DNA of 64,000 nt from Clostridia bacterium (GTDB taxonomy: Bacteria > Bacillota > Clostridia > Oscillospirales > UBA644): contig JAGAOU010000044.1 of the NCBI GenBank assembly GCA_017623595.1, positions 68,914 through 132,913 of the forward strand, read 5' to 3'. The notes beneath the pieces are model-generated. The model worked only from the letters and a program-made list of their open reading frames with translations. It did no database searches and was not told where the DNA came from. The position numbers and the translations under genes are program-made. Below, piece by piece: positions 35,327 through 44,667 of this stretch (position 1 is its first letter; every line of letters starts with the position of its first letter).

Positions 35327-36595
35327 ATGAAACGTCCGAATTATGCTTTCAGCCGCGTGATGTATATTATTGAGGTGGCGCTGGAATACTTCATTTCCAT
35401 GATGATCGGCGGTGCTTACCTTGCGAAAATCGCAGGGGAGATCGGGTTGTCCGACAGTACCACGGGCGTGCTTACGTCCTTTGTGTCGCTGGGACTCGGA
35501 TTTCAGATTTTTGCACTGTTTTTGCGGAACAAGACACCTGTGAAGCGTTGGGTATCCATTCTTCATATTGTCAATCAGTGCTTTTTTGCCCTTGTTTGGC
35601 TGACGCCTCTGTTTCCTCTTTCGGGGACGGGAAAAACCGTGTTGTTTATCGGATTCCTTCTGATTGGTCATGTGCTGTGTAATGTCATCACGCCGTCGAA
35701 GGTGAATTGGCTCATGTCCCTTGTGGATGATCGTAAACGGGGCGTCTTCACGGCAAATAAGGAAATTGTTTCTCTGATTTCGGGGATGATTTTCTCCTAT
35801 GTCATGGGGGCACTGTACGATTTCTTTGAGGCAAAAGGGGAGACGGTGCCCGCTTTGATCATAGGTGGCATCACCATTTTTGGTCTGATGATTTTGCATA
35901 CCGTTACCTTGCTTTTGTCGGATGAGAAGCCCACTCCCAAGTCGGAAAAAACCTCCTTGCGAACCCTGTTTTCCGACCGTCGACAGGTCAAGTCTATTTT
36001 TCTGGTGATCGGTGTGAATGTTCTGTGGGCGGTGGCACATTACATCACAACCCCCTTCTACGGTACATATCAGGTGAAAGAGCTCGGCTTTTCCATGACC
36101 TTTGTTTCGGTGTTGGGAATCCTGTATGCCGTTGCCCGCTCTGCCGTTTCCCGTCTTTTGGGGAAATTCGCCGACCGTCATTCCTTTGCCTCCATGCTGA
36201 ACATCTGCTTTGTTGTGGTGGCGGTTGCTTTTGGGGTAAACGTGTTCACCGTTCCCGAGAACGGAAAGGTCTTTTTTACGATCTATTACGTGCTGTTTGC
36301 CGTCGCAATGGCGGGAATCAACAGTTCTGCAATCAATCTGATTTATGACTATGTGGAGCCGCAAAAGCGAACGGTTGCCCTCGCCTTCAGTCAGAGTATT
36401 TCCGGGATTGTTGGATTTTTGGCTACCTATTTTGCAGGGTTTCTGGTGGAGTGGATTCAGGAGAATGGGCTCGTTGTGTTCGGACGAAATATCTATGCTC
36501 AGCAGGTGATGTCTCTCCTCGGCGTTGTCTGTGTGCTGATTGCACTGCTCTACACCAATTTGGCGGTGCGTAAATTGCCGAAAAAATCCGCATAA
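35327..36595 (+). CDS. MFS transporter
   Basis: 422 aa, about 12 predicted helices in a 6+6 arrangement with a central loop. Confidence 0.75.
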   Translation: MKRPNYAFSRVMYIIEVALEYFISMMIGGAYLAKIAGEIGLSDSTTGVLTSFVSLGLGFQIFALFLRNKTPVKRWVSILHIVNQCFFALVWLTPLFPLSGTGKTVLFIGFLLIGHVLCNVITPSKVNWLMSLVDDRKRGVFTANKEIVSLISGMIFSYVMGALYDFFEAKGETVPALIIGGITIFGLMILHTVTLLLSDEKPTPKSEKTSLRTLFSDRRQVKSIFLVIGVNVLWAVAHYITTPFYGTYQVKELGFSMTFVSVLGILYAVARSAVSRLLGKFADRHSFASMLNICFVVVAVAFGVNVFTVPENGKVFFTIYYVLFAVAMAGINSSAINLIYDYVEPQKRTVALAFSQSISGIVGFLATYFAGFLVEWIQENGLVVFGRNIYAQQVMSLLGVVCVLIALLYTNLAVRKLPKKSA

Positions 36596-36612
36596 ATGCA
36601 CATAAAATGCGA

Positions 36613-36649
36613 ACCCCGCATCCGATTTCGGACGCGGGGTGATTTTTTT
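36613..36649 (+). terminator. rho-independent terminator
   Basis: accccgcatccg-attt-cggacgcggggt (one A-C mismatch) followed by gattttttt. Confidence 0.75.
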
Positions 36650-36660
36650 GAATTCATGTT

Positions 36661-36674
36661 ATATAACAATTGTT
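36661..36674. repeat. copy 1 of ATATAACAATTGTT (contains palindrome AACAATTGTT)
   Basis: An exact 14-nt direct repeat of 36742-36755; the core is self-complementary. Confidence 0.7.
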
Positions 36675-36741
36675 CTGTTTTCTTTTTTGCAGAGGCTGTT
36701 GTTCGAAAAAATGAAAAGGTGATTTGGTAGAAAACGTTAAA

Positions 36742-36757
36742 ATATAACAATTGTTAT
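36742..36757. repeat. copy 2 of ATATAACAATTGTT, extended to the perfect 14-bp palindrome ATAACAATTGTTAT
   Basis: 36744-36757 equals its own reverse complement. It overlaps the stop codon (36754-36756) of the AraC-family gene. Confidence 0.7.
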
Positions 36758-37569
36758 TTTTTTCTGTATTCGCCCGGAGTGACGCCGAAGCGCCTGCGGA
36801 ATAATCGGATGTAACCGGATACGTCCGAGTATCCCGCACCGGTGCAGGCCTCGGTGACAGAGCGCCCTTCACGGAGAAGAATTCTGGAATATGCCAACTT
36901 CTTTGTTTCCAGATAACTCTTCGGCGAGGTGTGCAGGTGGGTGCGGAACAGCCTCCCCAAGGTGGAGGGACTGATGTAAAATTTTTCGGTCAGATCATTC
37001 AGCGATTCGATCTTCGAAAAGTTTACGGCAATCTCCTGCAAAATCTCCGTGAGGATGGGCGGAAGGTTTGTGTCGCTTTCTTTTCCCGTACCGATGCTCT
37101 CTTCAATCTCGCATAGGATCTGACAGAGCAAAGCGTATTCCCGACGATGCTTTTTCTCTTCCGTGGCCCGATAGAGCTCCTTGCAGAGGGATAGTATCTT
37201 CTTTTTTGTCTCCTGTGGAGGGGAGATCAAATTCCCTTCCGATCCGCAATTTTGCAGAATAGCGTCCAATAAAAAGCAGGAAGGCTCAAACCAAAGGCAA
37301 AAATGCTTATGTACCGTTTTTTCCGTCAGAATGCAGTTGTGCATTTCGTTCGGTGCGGTGATGAGAATGTCGCCTGCCTTCAGTCGGTACAGACGGTTTT
37401 CCACCGCAAAGCAGGCGGTTCCTTCTTCCAGAATGTAGATCTCGGGTACGTCGTGGATGTGGGGCGGAAAAGTGCGCGCCTCAAAGGGCTCGTCTTCTTT
37501 ACTGTAATAATATTTGAGTTCAAAAGCATCCGCCTTGGGGACCCGAAGGGTGTAGCGTGCGTTCAGCAT
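36754..37569 (-). CDS. AraC family transcriptional regulator (cupin sensor + HTH)
   Basis: ORF 36754..37722 trimmed to ATG 37569 (MLNARYTLRV...). Cupin motif FPPHIHDVPEIYILEEG ... GDILITAPNEMH. C-terminal AraC HTH (...SPSTLGRLFRTHLHTSPKSYL ... AGYSDVSGYIRLFRRRFGVTPGEY). Confidence 0.85.
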   Translation of the reverse strand: MLNARYTLRVPKADAFELKYYYSKEDEPFEARTFPPHIHDVPEIYILEEGTACFAVENRLYRLKAGDILITAPNEMHNCILTEKTVHKHFCLWFEPSCFLLDAILQNCGSEGNLISPPQETKKKILSLCKELYRATEEKKHRREYALLCQILCEIEESIGTGKESDTNLPPILTEILQEIAVNFSKIESLNDLTEKFYISPSTLGRLFRTHLHTSPKSYLETKKLAYSRILLREGRSVTEACTGAGYSDVSGYIRLFRRRFGVTPGEYRKK

Positions 37570-38015
37570 GGTTTTGAATTCCTTTCCAGAGTCAGCAACG
37601 TTTCTTTCAGCGGAATTCCTGCCCCGAAGCCCGTCATGCTTCCGTCTGCGCCGATGACGCGGTGGCAGGGGATCAGAATCAGGATAGGGTTGCGATGAAT
37701 GGCGCCTCCCACCGCTCGACATGCTTTGGGCGATCCGATGGCGCAGGCGATGTCTTTGTAAGAACGGGTTTCCGCATAGGGAATCTGCCTCAGCGCAGCC
37801 CAGACCTTTTCCTGAAAAGCAGTCCCCTTCGGTCTGCAGGGGAGATCAAATTCCGTCCGTTTGCCCGAAAAATATTCTGCCAATTGTTGCTCGGCCTTTT
37901 CCGCAAGAGGAGTACGGCTTGCGCATGTTCTTGCCGTTGTGTACAGTTCCGTAATGTATCCTTGTTCTTCGCGGATTCGTATGGCTCCGATGGGCGTCTC
38001 AATGATAGAATCCAT
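37563..38015 (-). CDS. ogt: methylated-DNA--protein-cysteine methyltransferase
   Basis: ORF 37563..38075 trimmed to ATG 38015 behind GGGAGGGGAG. Active-site IPCHRVIG. The 3' end overlaps the AraC start by 7 nt. Confidence 0.85.
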   Translation of the reverse strand: MDSIIETPIGAIRIREEQGYITELYTTARTCASRTPLAEKAEQQLAEYFSGKRTEFDLPCRPKGTAFQEKVWAALRQIPYAETRSYKDIACAIGSPKACRAVGGAIHRNPILILIPCHRVIGADGSMTGFGAGIPLKETLLTLERNSKPC

Positions 38016-38175
38016 TGACTCCCCTCCCTTTCTCATATCATACCATATCTTTTGTTTCTTGTCAAGACTTGACAATTCACTTTGTTTATGTTATTATTAA
38101 AATAAAGGGTTTTTCTTGAGGATTTTTCGTCTGTGATTCGTATAAGGGATGATGGACGGGAAGTTGGAGGCAATT

Positions 38176-38727
38176 ATGAGCAACGGGGAATCTGTCTATC
38201 GCCGATTTCTCGACGGAGACACGGAAGCCTTTGATGAGATCTGGAAAACATACCGCGACAGTCTGACCTTTTTTATTCAGCGCTATGTTTCGGATTTCGG
38301 TGCGGCAGAGGATATCGCTATTGATGTTTTTACCTACATCCTGGTTCATCCGCAGCGGTATAACTTTAAGGTTTCGCTGAAGACTTATATTTTTATGTTG
38401 GGGCGCTCCCGCGCTCTGGATCTGTTGCGCCATCGAAAAGCTCTGATCATGACTGAATTGTCCGAGGCGGACGGTGTGGCGGATGCTCTCTCGGTGGAGG
38501 AAACGGTTCTGCGGGCGGAGGATCGAAGACAGCTTAACCGTGCCCTGGAGCAACTGCCTCAGGATATGCGGATTGCGGTACATTTGGTCTATTTTGAGGA
38601 GCTGTCCTATGAGGAGACGGCTCGTGTGATGAAGAAAAACAAAAAGCAGATCGATAATTTGTTGTATCGGGCAAAGAAATCCCTACGGGAAATTTTGGAA
38701 AGGGGGAAGAACTGTGAGACGGAATGA
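38176..38727 (+). CDS. ECF-type sigma-70 family RNA polymerase sigma factor
   Basis: ATG 38176 is 5 nt after GGAGG. Region 2 (DSLTFFIQRYVSDFGAAEDIAIDVF) and region 4 (LPQDMRIAVHLVYFEELSYEETARVM). Confidence 0.8.
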   Translation: MSNGESVYRRFLDGDTEAFDEIWKTYRDSLTFFIQRYVSDFGAAEDIAIDVFTYILVHPQRYNFKVSLKTYIFMLGRSRALDLLRHRKALIMTELSEADGVADALSVEETVLRAEDRRQLNRALEQLPQDMRIAVHLVYFEELSYEETARVMKKNKKQIDNLLYRAKKSLREILERGKNCETE

Positions 38728-39445
38728 TGCGGAATTCAAAGCGGAAATTTACCATCGAAAGGATCTTCACGATCGGAAAATTGCAAAAATTCGTCGCAGT
38801 GTGACCGTGGCCGTATCCTCCCTTTGCGTGATCCTGATTGCGACGGTTGCTTTGTTTGGGGTTCAAAACAGCCCCTCGGAGCCCGATCAGTCGCCCTCCC
38901 TTGAGGTTCGCCCCCCTGTGCAAAAGCCGGGTTCGACGGATGTTGTCTTTGGTGAGGGTGTACCTTCCTCGACCACCGGAATCTCCACAGGAGGAGGTTC
39001 TTCCGCTACTCGGCTGCCTGCGGATACAAGCGATAACATTGATAAGACAACGAATTCCTCCACTGATAAGGAGTCCTGTGATGGGGAGAACCCCGAACAA
39101 GAATCCCGCGTGACAGTCAACGGTCGGGTGGTAGGGGAGATGTCGGCAGATACTGCGCTGGCCTTCCTTTCCTGCTATATTTCCGTTCCGGGATATGATG
39201 CGCCCATCTATACCGAGCCTGTTCCCCCTGCTTCCGACGGCTCCTCCGCCGACGGACCTTCCGTCGATGGCCCGGGCGATTCGGATGGGGGCTGGAGTTA
39301 TGGTATCGAGATCACAGACGGAGATAAGACCTTTTCGTATACCCTTTCCGCACATTGTCTTGCGGGGGAGGAAGAGATTGTTTTTCTGCAGACGGAGCAA
39401 ACCGAGGCGGTGCTGACCTTTTTCGGTCTTTTTGTCGAAAAGTAA
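38714..39445 (+). CDS. putative anti-sigma factor / single-pass membrane protein
   Basis: GTG start overlaps the sigma gene by 14 nt. Short cytoplasmic N-terminus, TM helix VTVAVSSLCVILIATVALFG, and a Ser/Pro/Gly-rich ectodomain. Confidence 0.5.
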   Translation: MRRNDAEFKAEIYHRKDLHDRKIAKIRRSVTVAVSSLCVILIATVALFGVQNSPSEPDQSPSLEVRPPVQKPGSTDVVFGEGVPSSTTGISTGGGSSATRLPADTSDNIDKTTNSSTDKESCDGENPEQESRVTVNGRVVGEMSADTALAFLSCYISVPGYDAPIYTEPVPPASDGSSADGPSVDGPGDSDGGWSYGIEITDGDKTFSYTLSAHCLAGEEEIVFLQTEQTEAVLTFFGLFVEK

Positions 39446-39540
39446 ATTTTTTGTTAACTTTTTGCTTTGTTTGTCACATTTCTAATTTTTTTTCGTGTAT
39501 ATAAGGTGAAACGCAATAATATTTAAAGGAGGCGTGTTGA

Positions 39541-40938
39541 ATGAAAAAATTATCTTACATTTTGCTGTCCCTCGTGGTGTTGCTTCTTTTTTCTTCTTGT
39601 GCCCCCTCGCAAACAGAACCTACGGAAGGTACCGATTCTTCCTCGACTTCCTCTGGGTATACTTGCGGCCTTCCCCCATCTCCCGTCGATCGAGAGGATC
39701 CTGTTGATGCTTTGATTCAGGTGAAGCCCTCGATTACCGTTCCTGCGGAATATAAGCTTTGGGATGCAGGGGAGTGGGATGTTGTTCCCGGGCAGACCTT
39801 TGAATGGAATCGCGCCGATGAGCAAAGTCGCCTTGCATGGATCAACGGAAAGGGACTGTCTTCCGACGGTCTTTGGAAATATTTGTGCTATGAGCATGCT
39901 TCCGGAGCTCGGAATGCAGGGTATAAATCCTTGCCTCGTCAGGCTTTGTCCGGAGGTTCTTACCATTATGCAACCTCTTCTTCGGGAGACAGTGTCTACA
40001 TTGCGAAAGTTTCCGATTTCGGAGAACGGTTTTCGGCAGGGGCTTATGTGGACGTTGTTAAATCCTTTGTCTGCCCTTCGGGAGGAAGAGTGCGGCTGAG
40101 TTCCGTACTGGAGGTCCTTTTGTCTTACAAGGACGGCGTCGTTTTTTCGGTGTATTTGGAAAACCTCCAGGTATATCCCACCGACGGCAGCCGCGGCATC
40201 TCTTTGTCCGAAGTCGGGCAGAAGCGTTTTGATGTTGAAATCGATGTCAAGAAAAATCAACGGATCTTCATTCACATCGGCAAGGGCGGAAGCACCGAGC
40301 ATTCAGGGGTTCGCATGTCCAACACTGTGGAGTATCTCTCCGTGAACGAGGAGGTTGCCACGACTTCGGAATTCTGTACCCATGAAATGGATGCATGGAA
40401 GGTGACTGTTCCGGCAACATTCCTGTCTGACGGTTCGTGTACCCGTGCTTGCAAGTTTTGTCCTCTGTTGCAGTATCGGGTGATTCCTCAAATCCCCCGC
40501 GAACAATGTACTAGCTGCGACGATTTCCCATATGTCCTTCAATTTGCCCCGACGATATATTATCCGGGACGAGAGTCAACTACCTGCGGTGTATGCGGTC
40601 GGAATCGGTCTCGTACTATACCTTGCTCCGAAACCGATGCCGCCACCGGCGTTACGGTATATCCCATCAACGGAATGATGACCCACGGCACAAGTTTGCG
40701 CGTGACGGCCACCGAGGATGGCTACGATGTTTCCCTGATTAAGGGCGGTGCAATTTTGTCTCCTTATAACGGGGATTTGAAGGTGGAAATGCCCTGTAAG
40801 GCAGGAACGGTTCCCCTAAAAGCCTACTATATCTCGCCCGACGGGACGCGCAGCGAGATTTCCTGTTCTCTTGTAAACGACAAGCTCTCCGTGGAAATTC
40901 CCGATTCGGGTCGGATTGTCCTTGTTTATAACGACTGA
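39541..40938 (+). CDS. lipoprotein of unknown function with Cys-rich central segment
   Basis: Lipobox LLLFSS-C at residues 15-20. Cys cluster CTHEMD...CTRACKFC...CTSC...CGVCG...C. Confidence 0.7.
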   Translation: MKKLSYILLSLVVLLLFSSCAPSQTEPTEGTDSSSTSSGYTCGLPPSPVDREDPVDALIQVKPSITVPAEYKLWDAGEWDVVPGQTFEWNRADEQSRLAWINGKGLSSDGLWKYLCYEHASGARNAGYKSLPRQALSGGSYHYATSSSGDSVYIAKVSDFGERFSAGAYVDVVKSFVCPSGGRVRLSSVLEVLLSYKDGVVFSVYLENLQVYPTDGSRGISLSEVGQKRFDVEIDVKKNQRIFIHIGKGGSTEHSGVRMSNTVEYLSVNEEVATTSEFCTHEMDAWKVTVPATFLSDGSCTRACKFCPLLQYRVIPQIPREQCTSCDDFPYVLQFAPTIYYPGRESTTCGVCGRNRSRTIPCSETDAATGVTVYPINGMMTHGTSLRVTATEDGYDVSLIKGGAILSPYNGDLKVEMPCKAGTVPLKAYYISPDGTRSEISCSLVNDKLSVEIPDSGRIVLVYND

Positions 40939-41176
40939 CGGAAGTCTTTTGCGATGAAAAAATGTTTCATGTTCCTATCGCCTGTGTTGACTGTAATGCG
41001 TGTAAGAATGCTGTGAAGATGCGTAGTAAGATCTTCTTTTGAAGTTGAGTCAACACTGCAATTTTAAATTGTGTTTGAGGGAAATGCCTTTTTGGGGAAA
41101 GATGTGCTTTTCCCTCTTGCTTTTTTCCGTTCTTTGTGGTATAATAAGAAAAACAAACGAAAACGAGGTTCTTACG

Positions 41177-42121
41177 ATGAAAATTGCCATTCTTGACGCC
41201 GCGACCCTTGGGGAAGATGTGAACCTTGCCCCTTTGAGAAATCTGGGCGAAACGGCGGAATTTCCCACTACAGCGCCGGATCAGGTCGCCGCATGTCTTG
41301 CCGATGCGGACATGGTGGTTGTGAACAAGATCAAACTCAATGCCTCCAATCTGGCGGGTTCTTCCGTAAAGTTGATCTGCGTGGCCGCCACAGGATATGA
41401 TAACATTGACATCGAGTATTGCCGTTCGGCGGGAATCGCTCTTTGTAATGTGCCCGGCTATTCTACCGACAGTGTGGCTCAGTTGACCGTTTCCATGGTT
41501 TTGTCCTTGGCGACCCATTTGCCCGAATATAATTCTTTTGTTGCAGATGGGTCCTATTCCGCTTCGGGCGTTGCCAATAAGCTGACCCCCATTTATCATG
41601 AAATCTCCGCTATGACCTGGGGTGTGGTCGGTGGGGGCGGAATCGGCTCCAAGGTGGCGCAGATTGCCGAGGCGTTTGGGTGTAAGGTGTTGATGTGCCG
41701 CAGAAAACCCGATCTCCGCTATGAACAGGTTTCTTTGGATGAATTGTGCGAGCGCTCTGATATTATTACCCTGCACGTTCCTCTCTCCGATGAGACCCGC
41801 GGAATGATCAATGAAGATCGGATTGGCAAAATGAAGAAGAATGTCATTTTGGTCAATGTGGCACGTGGTGCTGTCACCGATGAGGAAGCACTCGCCTGTG
41901 CACTGGAAGAAGGTCGCTTGGGCGGTCTGGGCGTGGACGTGTATTCTGCTGAGCCTTTTCCTGTGTCCCATCCCTTTACCCGCCTTCTCGGTCGGGACAA
42001 TGTGTGCCTGACTCCTCATATGGCATGGGGAAGTGCGGAGGCGCGAAACCGCTGTGTTGCGATTATGGCGGAGAATGCACGGGTGTTTTTTGACGGCGGA
42101 AGACAAAATCGCATTGTTTGA
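41177..42121 (+). CDS. D-isomer-specific 2-hydroxyacid dehydrogenase (glycerate/hydroxypyruvate reductase-like)
   Basis: ORF trimmed to ATG 41177 (MKIAILDAATLG...). NAD motif WGVVGGGGIGSKVA. Catalytic-region motifs NVARGAVTDE and TPHMAWGS. Confidence 0.85.
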   Translation: MKIAILDAATLGEDVNLAPLRNLGETAEFPTTAPDQVAACLADADMVVVNKIKLNASNLAGSSVKLICVAATGYDNIDIEYCRSAGIALCNVPGYSTDSVAQLTVSMVLSLATHLPEYNSFVADGSYSASGVANKLTPIYHEISAMTWGVVGGGGIGSKVAQIAEAFGCKVLMCRRKPDLRYEQVSLDELCERSDIITLHVPLSDETRGMINEDRIGKMKKNVILVNVARGAVTDEEALACALEEGRLGGLGVDVYSAEPFPVSHPFTRLLGRDNVCLTPHMAWGSAEARNRCVAIMAENARVFFDGGRQNRIV

Positions 42122-42166
42122 CGTATATTTTTACCGATTTTGTCTAAAATTGTACCATTTAGCCCC

Positions 42167-42195
42167 TTGACGAATGAAAAAAAACGTGCTATAAT
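42167..42195 (+). promoter_or_regulatory. sigma-70-type promoter of the ferredoxin gene
   Basis: TTGACG, 17-nt spacer, TATAAT (42190-42195). Confidence 0.55.
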
Positions 42196-42247
42196 AGGCT
42201 ATACTGAGTATCACAACGATACCCGAAATTTATAGGAGGTACATACC

Positions 42248-42421
42248 ATGGCTTATCAGATTTCCGACGATTGCATCGCTTGCGGCGCTTGCGCAGATGA
42301 ATGCCCCGTCAGCGCTATTTCCGAAAAGGACGGCAAGTTTGTCATCAACGCCGATGACTGCATCGATTGCGGTGCTTGCGCTTCCGCTTGCCCCGTTGGT
42401 GCTCCCAACCCCGCTGAATAA
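42248..42421 (+). CDS. 2x[4Fe-4S] clostridial-type ferredoxin (57 aa)
   Basis: Not in the ORF track (under 60 aa). Hand translation: MAYQISDDCIACGACADECPVSAISEKDGKFVINADDCIDCGACASACPVGAPNPAE with two CxxCxxCxxxCP motifs; AGGAGG RBS. Confidence 0.9.
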   Translation: MAYQISDDCIACGACADECPVSAISEKDGKFVINADDCIDCGACASACPVGAPNPAE

Positions 42422-42431
42422 TTGGGCAAAA

Positions 42432-42473
42432 ATGCGTAATGAGGTCTCATCAGGCTCTCATTACGCATTTTTT
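42432..42473 (+). terminator. rho-independent terminator
   Basis: atgcgtaatgag / ctcattacgcat, a perfect 12-bp stem with a 13-nt loop, then a T-run. Confidence 0.8.
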
Positions 42474-42492
42474 ATACCCTTCGGAGGTTTTT

Positions 42493-43200
42493 ATGATTCG
42501 CCTCGATGATCTGTTCGTGCATGGCTGGAAGATTTATCAGGATACCGACGGCTTTTGTTTCGGTACCGATGCCATTCTGCTTTCCGCCTTTGCCGCAGAA
42601 AAGCGCTTTTCCCATGCGGTGGATCTCTGTTGCGGTACGGGGATTCTGCCCCTGCTTCTTGCTTCCTACGACTGTGCAAAGCATGTGTGCGGTGTGGAGA
42701 TTTCGCCTCACAGCGTTGATCTTGCCCGCAGGTCGGTCTCTCTGAACGGGATCGGGGATCGGGTGGAGATTTTGTGCGAGGATCTTCGGTCCTGCTCCTT
42801 GCCCTGCGGAAAAGCCGATTTGGTTACCGCAAATCCCCCGTATTTTCTTCCCGGCAGCGGAAAAGAGCCCCGTAAAGAGGTTTTGATCGGTCGACAGGAA
42901 GATTTATGTACCTTTTCCGATGTTACGGACTGTGCTTCCCGCCTTCTGAAATTCGGCGGCCGTTTTTGTTTTGTGCATAAGCCCGAGCGCCTTTGTGAGG
43001 TTATGTCGGTTGCTTCCGCCTGCGGTCTTGAACCGAAGGTTTTGCGCCTTGTTTATCCCAAAGCGGACCGCCCTCCCGAGTTGATTCTTGTGGAATGTAA
43101 AAAAGGTGCGGCGTCCGGGCTGAAGGTGGAACCTCCCTTTGTTCTTTATGAATCCGACGGCAGTGAAACTGAGATGTTTCATGCCGTTCACCGTTTTTGA
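42493..43200 (+). CDS. SAM-dependent methyltransferase, tRNA1(Val) m6A37 (TrmN6/YfiC)-like
   Basis: ATG 42493 after GGAGG. SAM motif VDLCCGTGILPL; NPPY motif VTANPPYF. Confidence 0.75.
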   Translation: MIRLDDLFVHGWKIYQDTDGFCFGTDAILLSAFAAEKRFSHAVDLCCGTGILPLLLASYDCAKHVCGVEISPHSVDLARRSVSLNGIGDRVEILCEDLRSCSLPCGKADLVTANPPYFLPGSGKEPRKEVLIGRQEDLCTFSDVTDCASRLLKFGGRFCFVHKPERLCEVMSVASACGLEPKVLRLVYPKADRPPELILVECKKGAASGLKVEPPFVLYESDGSETEMFHAVHRF

Positions 43201-43211
43201 AAGGATCGGAT

Positions 43212-44045
43212 ATGGATCGGATTTCCCTCTATCTTGTCGCAACGCCCATCGGTAATCGGAACGATTTTTCTCCCCGTGCCCGAGAGATTCTCTCTTCCGT
43301 GGATTTTATTGCCGCCGAGGATACCCGAACCTCGGGAATTCTTCTTTCTGCGTTCGACATCCATAAGCCAATGATCAGTTATCATGATCACAACCGCCGC
43401 GCTCATGGGGAAAAGATTCTCGCTCGCTTGCTGGCGGGGGAGACCTGTGCGCTGGTATCCGATGCGGGGATGCCCGCTGTCTCCGATCCGGGAGCGGATC
43501 TTGTGGCGGAATGTCTGGATGCCGGGTTGAAGGTCAGCGCAATCCCCGGTCCCTGCGCTTTTATTACTGCCCTTGCTATGTCGGGGCTTCCTACCCGCCG
43601 TTTTTCCTTTGAGGGATTCTTGCCCACGGCAAATAAGGAGCGCCGTGCTCTGTATGAGGCATTGAAAATCGACCCCCGCACCTTGATTTTTTACGAGGCG
43701 CCCCACCGTCTGCGGGATACTCTTGAGGAGTTTTGTCAAGTGTTTGGCCCCGACCGCCGCATCTCCTGTGTGCGTGAAATCTCCAAAATATACGAAGAAT
43801 GTGTCCGCTCCACTTTGGAAGAGGCGGTTGCCCGCTTTTCTCAGACCGACCCTCGTGGAGAATTTGTTTTAGTGGTGGAGGGGTATGTTCCCGGCGAAGC
43901 AGACGCACCCGATTCCGATCGTATTCTGGCCCTTTGGAAGGAAAAAGCCGCCGAAGGTCTGGGAAAATCCGCCGCCGCGAAAGCCATTGCTAAGGAGTAT
44001 TCTCTTCCCAAACAGGAAGTGTATGATTTGATCAAGGATCTGTAA
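43212..44045 (+). CDS. rsmI: 16S rRNA (cytidine1402-2'-O)-methyltransferase
   Basis: LYLVATPIGNRNDFSPRAREILSSVDFIAAEDTR and SDAGMPAVSDPG are hallmark RsmI motifs. Confidence 0.9.
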   Translation: MDRISLYLVATPIGNRNDFSPRAREILSSVDFIAAEDTRTSGILLSAFDIHKPMISYHDHNRRAHGEKILARLLAGETCALVSDAGMPAVSDPGADLVAECLDAGLKVSAIPGPCAFITALAMSGLPTRRFSFEGFLPTANKERRALYEALKIDPRTLIFYEAPHRLRDTLEEFCQVFGPDRRISCVREISKIYEECVRSTLEEAVARFSQTDPRGEFVLVVEGYVPGEADAPDSDRILALWKEKAAEGLGKSAAAKAIAKEYSLPKQEVYDLIKDL

Positions 44046-44057
44046 GGAGTTTGTTTT

Positions 44058-44507
44058 ATGGAAACCATTGCCAGCTTTGAAGTAGACCATACCGTATTGA
44101 AGCCGGGAATTTATCTTTCCCGTGTGGATCACGGTGTTCGCACCTATGATATCCGCGTGACCGTGCCCAACAAGGAATTTTTGCCCAATCCCGCCATGCA
44201 TACGGTGGAGCATCTCTTTGCCGTACATGCCCGAAACGGTGCCATGGGGGATCATATCATCTATTTCGGCCCCATGGGATGTCGCACCGGATTTTATCTT
44301 CTTACCCTCGGCATGACCGATGGAGAGGCGGTTGATCTGATTCGGGAAACCTTCGCCTTTATTGCGTCTTATGAGGGCGCCGTGCCCGGAACCTCGGAGA
44401 AGGAGTGCGGGAATTATCGGGAACACGACCTTGTTGCTGCAAAGGAAATTGTTGCCCGATACAGCGATGTGATCCGTGATTGGACGGCAGATCGCATCTT
44501 TTATTGA
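44058..44507 (+). CDS. luxS: S-ribosylhomocysteine lyase
   Basis: FEVDHT..., the HTVEHL metal motif and GCRTGFY. Confidence 0.9.
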   Translation: METIASFEVDHTVLKPGIYLSRVDHGVRTYDIRVTVPNKEFLPNPAMHTVEHLFAVHARNGAMGDHIIYFGPMGCRTGFYLLTLGMTDGEAVDLIRETFAFIASYEGAVPGTSEKECGNYREHDLVAAKEIVARYSDVIRDWTADRIFY

Positions 44508-44667
44508 CAAAAATGTAAAAACAATCGCACGAATTGGGGAATTTTCTTCTCTCACGCCGGAAAGAAGGAAATTCCCCTTGCTTTTTTTAAATTTTCATAG
44601 TATAATATATAAATATATCGTTTGTCCTGCGAATATTTCTGATGATCACTCTTTGAAGGAGGCCTTT

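Noticed and set aside
37662-38100. Plus-strand ORFs (118, 77 and 79 aa) over the ogt gene
   Set aside because: They are antisense to ogt, which has its diagnostic PCHRV active site and a strong RBS. Their translations are R/S/C-rich with no features.
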